NCBI GenBank assembly: GCA_043818055.1
Contig: JBDRGF010000153.1
Location: 1 to 32,832, forward strand
Length of the DNA stretch: 32,832 nucleotides
Direction: 5' to 3'
Origin: Pseudomonadota bacterium
GTDB taxonomy: Bacteria; UBA10199; 2-02-FULL-44-16; JBDRGF01
The notes under the pieces were generated by a model. The model did no database searches. It saw only the letters and a list, made by a program, of their open reading frames with translations, and was not told where the DNA came from. Position 1 is the first letter of the stretch, and the number at the start of each line of letters is the position of its first letter. Below, one piece after another: positions 9,287 through 17,394 of this stretch. The position numbers were made by a program, and so were the translations under genes.

Positions 9287-9899
9287 CCTCCTCTACAAAG
9301 AGTTTCTGAAATCTTTCCGTTATAAAGGGTTTGAGCGATTCCATCAGCGCTTCATCATCTATTACAATCTCGCCATTTTCGTTTAGCGAGAGGCGAAAGC
9401 CCTTCTGTCCTTCTTTGAGGTGTAAAATGGGAACTGATGCAAGACCTTCATGCATCAACTGCCTCCAGTCTTCGACAAATTGTTTTTCCATGTCCGCCGG
9501 GACAGTTATTTCGAGCTGTTTTCTATCCCTTGAAACGTCGGCTTCCGCGTAAGCCACGACCATCCTCTGTATGAGCTGTTTTAAAAAGGCCGGGTTCTTA
9601 AGTTCTTCGCCGACAGCGTCACGCACAGGTTTTAGGGCAAGTTTTTCTGTCAATTCCTGCCGCACATTCAAAAAAAAGTCGCGGGATGCGAGTTTCAACT
9701 GTTTATCGAGATTTTCCTTTTCATTTTTGGATTCTGTGATGGCCTTATTTACAATATCTTGGGCCTCTTTTTTGGCGTCAACTAAGACCCTCTTCACCTC
9801 AACTTCCGCATTTTCTCTGATCTTTTTGGCCTCGCTCTCACCGGCTTCAACGCCGTCTCGCTTTAGGGCATTTATCAATTGGGATAGTTCTTCACTCAC
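9252..9899 (-). CDS. ntpE: V/A-type ATP synthase subunit E
   Basis: LSQLINALKRDGVEAGESEA coiled-coil start, LKLASRD, GFRLS; GTG at 9899 with AGGAGGT RBS at 9905-9911. Confidence 0.88.
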   Translation of the reverse strand: MSEELSQLINALKRDGVEAGESEAKKIRENAEVEVKRVLVDAKKEAQDIVNKAITESKNEKENLDKQLKLASRDFFLNVRQELTEKLALKPVRDAVGEELKNPAFLKQLIQRMVVAYAEADVSRDRKQLEITVPADMEKQFVEDWRQLMHEGLASVPILHLKEGQKGFRLSLNENGEIVIDDEALMESLKPFITERFQKLFVEEEKSKIQIPNPK

Positions 9900-9962
9900 T
9901 CTCAACCTCCTGTTTTTAAACACTTTGACTGTTTGACTTTAGGAAAAACAAATCTGGCGCCC

Positions 9963-9991
9963 AAAATAGCACCATTGAAAGATTGATGCAA
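9963..9991 (-). promoter_or_regulatory. Putative sigma70 promoter of the V-ATPase operon
   Basis: TTGCAT-17 nt-TATTTT with TGn extended -10, about 60 nt upstream of ntpE. Confidence 0.5.
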
Positions 9992-10119
9992 AAGGTTAAT
10001 TTTAAAGGGAGAGCCTTAATTGAATGTCGTCATCGATTTGGTATAGTTCGTCTGCGATATCTTTTATATGCCCTTCGATGATGCTTGAATGCCGCCCGAA
10101 AAAGTTGCCTATGGGAGAA

Positions 10120-11439
10120 TTATAATTGGGGATAATTGGAAAAATCTATGGAACTTTGTATCGCATCTTCAAAGAATTGTGGATCTCCATTTTGAAAACG
10201 GCGCTTTGATAGATCATCAAGGGATGAAATAAAAATCCTCAATTCATCAGTTTTACCCTGATACACCAGAGAGAGAATTAATGTTCGTCTAACATCCTTT
10301 CCATTCAACGAAGTATGCCCGCACCTTAGAAGCTCTTTGCATAAAGGCTCCATTTCACATGATATTTGCTCAAGTTTAACAGACTCTCTGCGTTTGATAA
10401 GATCATCAACATCCGTTGCTAGCAAAGAGATATATGCTTCATATGTTTTTTTACCAAACACGCCTTCGGCCTTTACTCCCAACTTCACGGCCTCACGAAA
10501 TGAGTATAATGCCCATGGATAGAGTTCTCGCACACAATACTGTATTCCCAATATACCTGTCAGATCAGCCTTGAGTTCCTGAGAAAAGCCATCTGCCATA
10601 GCTATCGAATGTTTGATCAAAGAGGTATAATAATTCTGATCTATCTCTTCATCTGGAATAGCCGAGTGCAAGGATATCTGAACTAAGCAACCCCTGATAT
10701 TCACCGGCATTTCCGACTTATCGACTGAGAGGACATCCACTAGAAAGCTGTTCATGTTCGCAAGTTTCACATCTTCAGGAAAACGACTTATGCCAACCCT
10801 TACGATTTCGTGAGATTCACGCCAAAAACCGCTTCTTCCGGCAAAAGTAGCATGTTCAACAAAATCTACTGCCCTCGCACTTTTGAGTCGCTCAACATTT
10901 TGGGCATATACAAGAGCTTTTTGAAACTCTCCCTCATCAAAAATTTTTGTAGCTCGCGCTAAATTGCGCTGCGCGGGAGTCAGTTTTTTTGTTCCCTGCT
11001 CTAATTTTTCTAAAATTTTTGTCCTCGTAGGATTCTGTGCGGATCTCACTACGGTCAAATGGCTCCCTGAACCGGATTTACCAAATTTACTCTTTATCGC
11101 TGCCAATCCTAAGGTTGTTGTGCCTCCCATCGACAAAAGAGCTCCAATAAAGGGAAGTGAACCGTTAAGAAGTGAATAGAATTGAGCGGGATATATCCCA
11201 AAACCTGTCATGACATCGACCTCAAGGCCGACGATAAGGCGATTCGTTTGATCAAGGATGTTGCGACCTCCCTGAACTGATGATCGCCAAAGTGAACCGG
11301 TGAAGTTGTCTATTAATCCCAGACGATGGCAGTTTTGGTGAGTTGCCGACATATCCTGATCTTCAACAGGAATGATTGTCGGTTTTGGGGCAGCGGCATA
11401 AGAAGCAAAAATTTTTGATATAGAATTAATTGTAGTCAT
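10120..11439 (-). CDS. Hypothetical protein (439 aa), helical/TPR-like C-terminal part, one hydrophobic segment
   Basis: Long ORF with GAGGT RBS; segments such as FDEGEFQKALVYAQ and YPWALYSFREAVKL look TPR-like; no family recognised. Confidence 0.7.
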   Translation of the reverse strand: MTTINSISKIFASYAAAPKPTIIPVEDQDMSATHQNCHRLGLIDNFTGSLWRSSVQGGRNILDQTNRLIVGLEVDVMTGFGIYPAQFYSLLNGSLPFIGALLSMGGTTTLGLAAIKSKFGKSGSGSHLTVVRSAQNPTRTKILEKLEQGTKKLTPAQRNLARATKIFDEGEFQKALVYAQNVERLKSARAVDFVEHATFAGRSGFWRESHEIVRVGISRFPEDVKLANMNSFLVDVLSVDKSEMPVNIRGCLVQISLHSAIPDEEIDQNYYTSLIKHSIAMADGFSQELKADLTGILGIQYCVRELYPWALYSFREAVKLGVKAEGVFGKKTYEAYISLLATDVDDLIKRRESVKLEQISCEMEPLCKELLRCGHTSLNGKDVRRTLILSLVYQGKTDELRIFISSLDDLSKRRFQNGDPQFFEDAIQSSIDFSNYPQL

Positions 11440-11597
11440 AAGACCTCAAAAAATCATATTAATGAATTACCTAAAATAGGTAAAATAATCACCATCACAT
11501 AGCAACATTTTAATGTCTTGAGATCGACATCATAATGTTGACAAGAGGGTCTTCTATTGATTAGTTACACCCCACTCTGGGTATAACAATATTATCA

Positions 11598-11671
11598 GCG
11601 CCCGTAGCTCAGCGGATTAGAGTATCTGACTACGAATCAGAGGGTCGCAGGTTCGAATCCTGCCGGGCGCG
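11598..11671 (+). tRNA. tRNA-Arg (anticodon ACG), CCA not encoded
   Basis: Cloverleaf: acceptor GCGCCCG/CGGGCGC, D arm GCTC/GAGT, anticodon stem TCTGA/TCAGA with ACG at 11632-11634, T arm GCAGG-TTCGAAT-CCTGC. Confidence 0.97.
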
Positions 11672-11675
11672 CAAA

Positions 11676-11712
11676 GTAAAATCCTGGCCTTTTGGTCAGG
11701 ATTTTGCTTTTT
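11676..11712 (+). terminator. Rho-independent terminator after tRNA-Arg
   Basis: GTAAAATCCTGGCC-TTTT-GGTCAGGATTTTGC hairpin followed by TTTTT. Confidence 0.75.
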
Positions 11713-11835
11713 GTGCTCAGGAAGGTTCGCACCCGACTTCAGCCGGTTCGCGTACTTCAGTCAGTATGCCTAAGCATGCTGACAATACAATAATTACCTT
11801 AAAGTACGACGAGCCCGACGTAGGAGGGCGAAGTC

Positions 11836-11855
11836 AATCCTGCCGGACGCGCAAA
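11836..11855 (+). repeat. Direct repeat of the tRNA-Arg 3' end
   Basis: AATCCTGCCGGACGCGCAAA versus AATCCTGCCGGGCGCGCAAA at 11656-11675 (19/20 identical), 180 bp apart. Confidence 0.85.
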
Positions 11856-11883
11856 AAAGGCGGATTACAAATCCGCCTTTTTT
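11853..11883. terminator. Bidirectional rho-independent terminator
   Basis: AAAAAA-GGCGGATT-ACA-AATCCGCC-TTTTTT between convergent units. Confidence 0.85.
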
Positions 11884-11903
11884 CATCTAAAAATGTCCTT
11901 AAA

Positions 11904-12290
11904 TCAAGCAGCTGCCGGTGTTGTACCGCCCTCTTTTCCGAAGGCAAGCATCAGCAGTATTACAAGATTCGCAAATGGAACGATCATGAGAATTCCCCAC
12001 CAGTTTGGTTTACCCCTCTTCTCAGCGATCGACATCCAGACTATTATTCCCAGGACGAGGTTGACGATCGGGATGAGGAAAAGGAAGAGCCACCACCATG
12101 GTTTTCCCGCGATCTGTAAGATCAGGATGATGTTTGCGATGGGAATGATGGCCATGATTAAGCTTGTGCCAAATTCCCTTCCCGTCTTCTTCGCAATCAT
12201 CGCAAGACAATACGCGAAGAAGAGATAGACAACCAACCACACAGCGATAAACCCCCATCCAAAACCTGTTGCCGGCACATCGTATTCCAT
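11904..12290 (-). CDS. Small integral membrane protein (DUF5684-like)
   Basis: AIIPIANIILILQIAGKPWWW with an internal repeat KRGKPNWW; AGGGGG RBS. Confidence 0.8.
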   Translation of the reverse strand: MEYDVPATGFGWGFIAVWLVVYLFFAYCLAMIAKKTGREFGTSLIMAIIPIANIILILQIAGKPWWWLFLFLIPIVNLVLGIIVWMSIAEKRGKPNWWGILMIVPFANLVILLMLAFGKEGGTTPAAA

Positions 12291-12308
12291 ATTCCCCCCT
12301 TTTTTTTA

Positions 12309-12351
12309 GGTTATTGCTTATCGGTTTATCTTTTGCCGATTACCAATAACC
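12309..12351. repeat. Short hairpin with 7-nt periodic arms (GGTTATT-GCTTATC / CGATTAC-CAATAAC)
   Basis: GGTTATTG pairs with CAATAACC and ATCGG with CCGAT; lies a few nt after the atpE stop. Confidence 0.6.
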
Positions 12352-12355
12352 GAAC

Positions 12356-12670
12356 TTAAATTTTTCCAGCCAATATAAATGCTATTATCAAGGCATAGAT
12401 GACGAGCGATTCGATCAATGCCAACGCTATGATCATCGGCGTCATGATCTTGCCGCTGGCCTCCGGGTTTCTGGCTATTCCTTCAAGCGCTGAAGCCGCA
12501 GCCTTTCCCTGTCCTATACCCCCTCCAAGCGCCGCAAGGCCTATAGCCAATCCCGCTCCGATAGCTATCGCATATTTGCCCCCAGAGGCGCCCTCTCCCT
12601 CATAAGCAAATGCTGTCTGCGCCATGAATGTTCCAATCAACAAAACCAAAAACGACCAAATCCTTTTCAT
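12356..12670 (-). CDS. atpE: F-type ATP synthase subunit c with signal-like N-terminal extension
   Basis: [18 protein letters not shown] loop, [12 protein letters not shown] at 12670 with GAGGGGG RBS. Confidence 0.95.
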   Translation of the reverse strand: MKRIWSFLVLLIGTFMAQTAFAYEGEGASGGKYAIAIGAGLAIGLAALGGGIGQGKAAASALEGIARNPEASGKIMTPMIIALALIESLVIYALIIAFILAGKI

Positions 12671-12704
12671 AATCCCCCTCCACTTCAGTTTTGAAATTGC
12701 TTTT

Positions 12705-12743
12705 ACCACATGCTACATGCTACATGCTACATGCTACATACGC
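12705..12743. repeat. Family C heptamer repeat, single arm (CATGCTA x4)
   Basis: accacatgctacatgctacatgctacatgctacatacgc between atpB and atpE. Confidence 0.8.
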
Positions 12744-12753
12744 TTTTGATCCT

Positions 12754-13455
12754 TTAATGTTCCTTCGCCAATGATATATATATCATTGTTAAAATGCAAA
12801 ACACAAAAGCTTGAATTATGCCTATTAATAAACCGAGCAACATGAAGATCGTCGGAACGAGTATTGGGACAAAATCTGAAAACATAGTGAGCGTGATGTG
12901 ATCGCCCATCATATTTCCAAAGAGACGAACTGATAGCGAAACGGGTCTGACAAGATGTGAGATAAGCTCATTTGTAAAAATCAGCGGCGCGAGCCATAAA
13001 ACAGGTCCGGCCATCTTTCTGAAATAGGATAAAACGCCATATTTTTTCATCCCCACATAGTTGTAATAGAAAAAAACGATCAACGCACACGGAAGGTTTG
13101 TGTTGATATTGCTTGTCGGCGGATCGAATCCCGGAATTATTCCCATAAGGTTGCACAGCAATATATAGATGAAGAGGGAACCTATCAGAGGAAGGTAAAG
13201 ATTTGCATCCTTTCCTACTATCGATTCCAAAAGGTTCAAAATCATCTCTGTGATCACCTCGTAGAGATGGGAGAAACTAAACCCCGGTGTCGGCAACATG
13301 GCTTTATATGGATCCTTCCAATATTGCCATGCAATAAAAGAGCTTGTCGTGATAATCAGGAGCACCAGAGCAGCACCGATTATATGACCGTAAGGCACAA
13401 GCTGCCACCCCGTCAGATCACTTAGAGTTCTATATATTGATAGTTCCTGAGGCAT
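12754..13455 (-). CDS. atpB: F-type ATP synthase subunit a
   Basis: NLMGIIPGF, PPTSNIN, RPVSLSVRLFGNM (conserved Arg), IQAFVFCILT. Confidence 0.95.
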   Translation of the reverse strand: MPQELSIYRTLSDLTGWQLVPYGHIIGAALVLLIITTSSFIAWQYWKDPYKAMLPTPGFSFSHLYEVITEMILNLLESIVGKDANLYLPLIGSLFIYILLCNLMGIIPGFDPPTSNINTNLPCALIVFFYYNYVGMKKYGVLSYFRKMAGPVLWLAPLIFTNELISHLVRPVSLSVRLFGNMMGDHITLTMFSDFVPILVPTIFMLLGLLIGIIQAFVFCILTMIYISLAKEH

Positions 13456-13557
13456 AGAAAGTTAATCCCTACATAAATCCATCAACCAAAAATCTGGGAT
13501 TGATTTTATACCTAATATACAACTTTGAAAATCTTTTTTCGGTGGGTTCATAAATAC

Positions 13558-13586
13558 TTGATTGCCGGACCATATGCTGCTATAGG
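13558..13586 (+). promoter_or_regulatory. Putative sigma70 promoter for hpnH
   Basis: TTGATT-17 nt-TATAGG with TGn; ends 10 nt before ATG 13597, implying a very short leader. Confidence 0.45.
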
Positions 13587-13596
13587 CTGTAGCCCT

Positions 13597-14598
13597 ATGA
13601 GATTTCCACTAAAGCAAACATTAAAGGTAAAAAATTACATCAGCCAACAAAAAAAGGCGGGCATCAAACGCTTTCCGCTTGTCCTGATGCTCGAACCCCT
13701 TTTCGCCTGCAATTTCAGCTGTTCAGGTTGTGGTCGGATAAAGGAATATAAGGGGGATATGCAAAAGAGGCTTAACTTAGAGGCTTCTTTGAAGGCTGTC
13801 GATGAGTGCAAGGCCCCCGTAATTTCCGTTTGCGGCGGAGAGCCGCTCATCTATCGGGAGATCGGTGAACTTGTGGAGGCGCTTCTTGCGAAGGGGAAGG
13901 TCACATATCTTTGCACCAACGGATGGTCGTTGAAAGAGAAGATCGATCTCTTTGAGCCTCATCCCCTCTTCAACATCAATATTCATCTCGATGGGCTATC
14001 AAAGACACACGATGCCATCGTCGAAAAAAAAGGTGCGTTCGACAGAGCGATTGATGGAATTCTGGCAGCAAAGGAGCGTGGATTTACGGTTTGCACTAAC
14101 ACGACTATCTACAAACAGACAGATATCAAGGAGATCGTAGCCCTCTTTGACATGCTCGAACAGGTTAATGTCGATGGCTTTCTCGTGAGCCCCGGGTTCG
14201 ATTATCAGGATGTAGGCAATAATGATTTTTTTCTGACACGCGAGGAGATAAAACAAAAATTTCAGGAATTGAAGGAGTATAAGGTCTCGAAACGCATCTG
14301 GAGCACCCCCATGTTTCTGGATTATCTGATGGGAAAGAGAGAATATAACTGCACCGCGTGGGGGAATGTGACTTACAACGTGAGGGGATGGAAGGCCCCT
14401 TGTTACCTGATCACAGATGAACATCATCCGACTTACGACTCATTTATAAACGAAACTCCATGGGATAGCTACGGACATAAAAATGACAAGCGCTGCCACA
14501 ATTGCATGGCGCACTGTGGAATAGAGCCGACGGTGGCACTCACCGTGACCAATTCGATAATCGACACCATGAAGATTGCATGGTGGACCATCTTTTAA
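13597..14598 (+). CDS. hpnH: Adenosyl-hopene transferase (hopanoid radical SAM)
   Basis: RFPLVLMLEPLFACNFSCSGCGRI, GGEPL, CTAWGN, CHNCMAHCGIEPT: HpnH signature. Confidence 0.93.
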   Translation: MRFPLKQTLKVKNYISQQKKAGIKRFPLVLMLEPLFACNFSCSGCGRIKEYKGDMQKRLNLEASLKAVDECKAPVISVCGGEPLIYREIGELVEALLAKGKVTYLCTNGWSLKEKIDLFEPHPLFNINIHLDGLSKTHDAIVEKKGAFDRAIDGILAAKERGFTVCTNTTIYKQTDIKEIVALFDMLEQVNVDGFLVSPGFDYQDVGNNDFFLTREEIKQKFQELKEYKVSKRIWSTPMFLDYLMGKREYNCTAWGNVTYNVRGWKAPCYLITDEHHPTYDSFINETPWDSYGHKNDKRCHNCMAHCGIEPTVALTVTNSIIDTMKIAWWTIF

Positions 14599-14600
14599 AA

Positions 14601-14708
14601 CAATTAACAATTAATAATATCCAATTAACAATTATTTGTTTATTGTGTATTGGAAATTATTAATTGATTACTGTTAATTGTGAATTGTAAATTGTGTGTT
14701 GTTAATTG
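14601..14708. repeat. Heptamer-repeat hairpin, family D (CAATTAA / TTAATTG)
   Basis: Terminal 10-bp IR CAATTAACAA...TTGTTAATTG; internal ttaattg-tgaattg-taaattg; spans the hpnH stop to near the next start. Confidence 0.8.
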
Positions 14709-14714
14709 CCTTTT

Positions 14715-15476
14715 ATGATGGGAAATAAACCGTTAGCAATATTTGCCGCTCTATCAAATGAGCTGTCGCTCCTCAAGGGACGGATGCTTATCGACAAGCG
14801 TATCCGTCTCAACAGGACTACAATATTTTCGGGTCAGATTAAAAATAGTTCTGTCATACTTGTCCAAACCGGAGTCGGCAAGGACTCGATGTATGAGGCT
14901 GTTCATACAGCGCTGAATCATTTTGCTATCCCGCTAGCCATAAATCTTGGATTCTGCGGTGGTGCTTCCCCTGAGCTATTCGCAGGCGATGTCATAATCC
15001 CTTACGATATCTTTGAAGAAGAGGGGGAATCTACACATAGGCCGCAGAAAGAATTGGTAGAAAAGGCTCAAGCACTTTGCAAATGTGTTGGTATACAGAT
15101 AAAAGAGGCGAAGCTCCTTACATGCGATAAGGCCATCCTCTCTCCACACGATAAGGCATTTGTCGCATCGAAGTTTCAGGCCCACGCTATAGACATGGAA
15201 TCGAGTGCCTTTTTAAAAGCCACTTCAAAGAATAAAATTCCCTCCTTTGTAGTCAGGGCTGTTTTGGATCCACTTGATATGGAAATACCCGCCCTTACCG
15301 GCACACTCGACGAAGCCGGTGATATAGATTATCCGGGCTTGATAGGTGAGATGGTATCAAATCCAAAACTGATCTTTAAACTTCCGAAGTTTAATTATCT
15401 ATCGACAAAGGCCAGAGAGAATCTCACAACATTCATAGTAGGATGGATCGAAAAAGAAACTTCTTTAGGAAAATAG
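14715..15476 (+). CDS. hpnG: Nucleoside phosphorylase/MTA nucleosidase family; probable hopanoid-associated phosphorylase HpnG
   Basis: TGVG, INLGFCGG, AIDMES, VRAVLD motifs; follows hpnH. Confidence 0.7.
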   Translation: MMGNKPLAIFAALSNELSLLKGRMLIDKRIRLNRTTIFSGQIKNSSVILVQTGVGKDSMYEAVHTALNHFAIPLAINLGFCGGASPELFAGDVIIPYDIFEEEGESTHRPQKELVEKAQALCKCVGIQIKEAKLLTCDKAILSPHDKAFVASKFQAHAIDMESSAFLKATSKNKIPSFVVRAVLDPLDMEIPALTGTLDEAGDIDYPGLIGEMVSNPKLIFKLPKFNYLSTKARENLTTFIVGWIEKETSLGK

Positions 15477-16265
15477 ATGCTATCCACCCTCAATAAAACG
15501 TTCGAAAGGGAGCTTTTTGCCATCGGAGAGAGGATGGTGGCGGTCACAACTGCACCATCTCAGATGATTGCAGGACTTGCCAGAAAAGCAACAACGCCGC
15601 CCGGCAAGATGATCCGCTCGATCGTGACGCTCACATGTGCAGAGGTGATCGATGTCAAAGGCGATGCTGTGACAAGCTTATGTGCCGCCTTGGAACTGAT
15701 ACATTCCGCGAGCCTTCTTCACGACGACATCATAGATGATGAGAAAATCAGGCGTGGAAACGATTCCTTCAGAATAAGAGATGGCGATAAGATGAGCCTG
15801 CTTGTAGGGGATTTTCTTTGGTGCGGGGCTATCGGCGAGATTCTTGCAATGAACGATATCAGTCTTCTTCGAAGCTTTCAGAGGGCTGCCCTCGATACGA
15901 TATCGGGTGAAATCTTAGAACTTCAAATGAAACAGAGCGGCGGGATGAGCCCTGAACTCTATCTTCAAATAATAGAGCTAAAGACGGCCTCACTTTTTAA
16001 ATTAGCAACTCGCATACCGGTTTTACTTTCACCAGCGGAGCCCACACTCGCTGAAAAACTGGAAAAGGTAGGCAGAACATTTGGTATCGCCTATCAGATC
16101 AGGGATGATCTTAACGATCACGAGAGTGATACTGCAACCTTGCCGGGCCCCGATTTTCTTCTCAAGGAGCTAAAGAAATATTCCGGCCTTGTAGAGAAAG
16201 CTATTTCATCCATTCCCGATTTTCATTTTGGAGGGGAACTCTTAACCCTCATCGCTCATGGATAA
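15477..16265 (+). CDS. Polyprenyl synthetase family protein
   Basis: GKMIR, ELIHSASLLHDDIID...RRG, KTASLF, YQIRDDLND. Confidence 0.9.
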   Translation: MLSTLNKTFERELFAIGERMVAVTTAPSQMIAGLARKATTPPGKMIRSIVTLTCAEVIDVKGDAVTSLCAALELIHSASLLHDDIIDDEKIRRGNDSFRIRDGDKMSLLVGDFLWCGAIGEILAMNDISLLRSFQRAALDTISGEILELQMKQSGGMSPELYLQIIELKTASLFKLATRIPVLLSPAEPTLAEKLEKVGRTFGIAYQIRDDLNDHESDTATLPGPDFLLKELKKYSGLVEKAISSIPDFHFGGELLTLIAHG

Positions 16266-16293
16266 AATTCACCTCTTGATTTGCCCAAATAGT

Positions 16294-16310
16294 TATCGCA
16301 CTATGCGATA
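16294..16310. promoter_or_regulatory. Perfect 7-3-7 palindrome TATCGCA-CTA-TGCGATA (candidate operator)
   Basis: About 30 nt upstream of the kdd start; overlaps a possible -10 (TTGATT-17-CACTAT, 16276-16304). Confidence 0.45.
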
Positions 16311-16341
16311 TGAGTCAGAATTCTTTTATGGGGGAAAAATT

Positions 16342-17394
16342 ATGAAATACAGACAGCATGGAGATAAATTCGGGAGGCATAGGGTTATAGAGCCTGAAGG
16401 GGCGCTTCCGCAGGCCGCAAAACAACTGGATAATAGTCTGCCATTATATGACAACGAGATACTGATCGATGTTAAGACGCTCAATATCGATTCAGCCTCC
16501 TTTCGCCAGATGAAGGAGGAGGCGGGCGGCGATCCCAAAAAGGTAGCCAAACAGGTGCTGCAAAATGTGTCGCGCATGGGGAAGCAGCAGAATCCGGTCA
16601 CAGGATCAGGGGGAATGCTCCTCGGAGAGGTAAGTGATATCGGCCCGGGATACTCCAATCTCCATAATCTGAACGTCGGGGATCCTGTGTGTACGCTCGT
16701 CTCGTTGACACTCACCCCCCTTTTGATTGAAGAGATAGTAGATGTGAGGGATTCAGAGCAGATAGACATCAGAGGGCATGCGATCCTCTTCGATTCTGGA
16801 GTCCTTGCTAAGGTGCCATATGATATAAAGCTCAATACAACTCTCGCACTTTTGGATGTCGCAGGTGCTGCACCTCAGACTGAGAGACTCGTCAAAAGTG
16901 GAGACAGGATATACATAATAGGTGCAGGAAAATCGGCAGTGCTCTGCGCAGCAGCGATCAGAAAAAAACTTAACAATGATTGTTCGATCTCTGTATCAGC
17001 TACAAAACAGGAGAGTCTCGACGCGTTCAAAGAGCTTGGACTCTGCAACCATGCATTCATAGCAAATGCGCTTAAGCCGACAGAGGTGCTGGATGTTATG
17101 ACCGATTTCACAAATGGCCACATGTGCGATCTCGTCATCAACACCGCGAACGTCGAAGGGACAGAGCTCGCCTCAGTCCTCACATGCAGACAGGGGGGGA
17201 AGGTTTACTTTTTCAACATGGCGACTAATTTTCAAAAAGCAGCGCTCGGAGCCGAAGGGGTTGGAATGGATGTTGAGATGATAATCGGAAACGGCTATGC
17301 TGCTAACCACGCCGAAGTGACGCTTGATCTCTACAGGACAATGCCGGCGGTAAAAAAGTGGTTCGATAAAAAATTTGGGGGAGTGAATGAGTGA
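16342..17394 (+). CDS. kdd: L-erythro-3,5-diaminohexanoate dehydrogenase
   Basis: GRHRVIEPEGALPQAA, LNIDSASF, QNPVTGSGGML, TLVSLTLTP, LDVAGA, AALGAEGVG, IGNGY. Confidence 0.93.
   Translation: MKYRQHGDKFGRHRVIEPEGALPQAAKQLDNSLPLYDNEILIDVKTLNIDSASFRQMKEEAGGDPKKVAKQVLQNVSRMGKQQNPVTGSGGMLLGEVSDIGPGYSNLHNLNVGDPVCTLVSLTLTPLLIEEIVDVRDSEQIDIRGHAILFDSGVLAKVPYDIKLNTTLALLDVAGAAPQTERLVKSGDRIYIIGAGKSAVLCAAAIRKKLNNDCSISVSATKQESLDAFKELGLCNHAFIANALKPTEVLDVMTDFTNGHMCDLVINTANVEGTELASVLTCRQGGKVYFFNMATNFQKAALGAEGVGMDVEMIIGNGYAANHAEVTLDLYRTMPAVKKWFDKKFGGVNE

Noticed and set aside
10091..10110. AGGCAACTTT (minus) as a fourth sigma28-like promoter; also TAGCAACATT at 11500 and AAACAACTTT at the right edge
   Set aside because: No GCCGATA-like box at the right spacing, or cut off by the window end.
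11766..12258. Plus-strand ORFs of 117 and 111 aa and an alternate-frame 78-aa ORF
   Set aside because: They overlap the DUF5684-like gene (the 117-aa ORF also crosses a terminator) and show no protein-like features.
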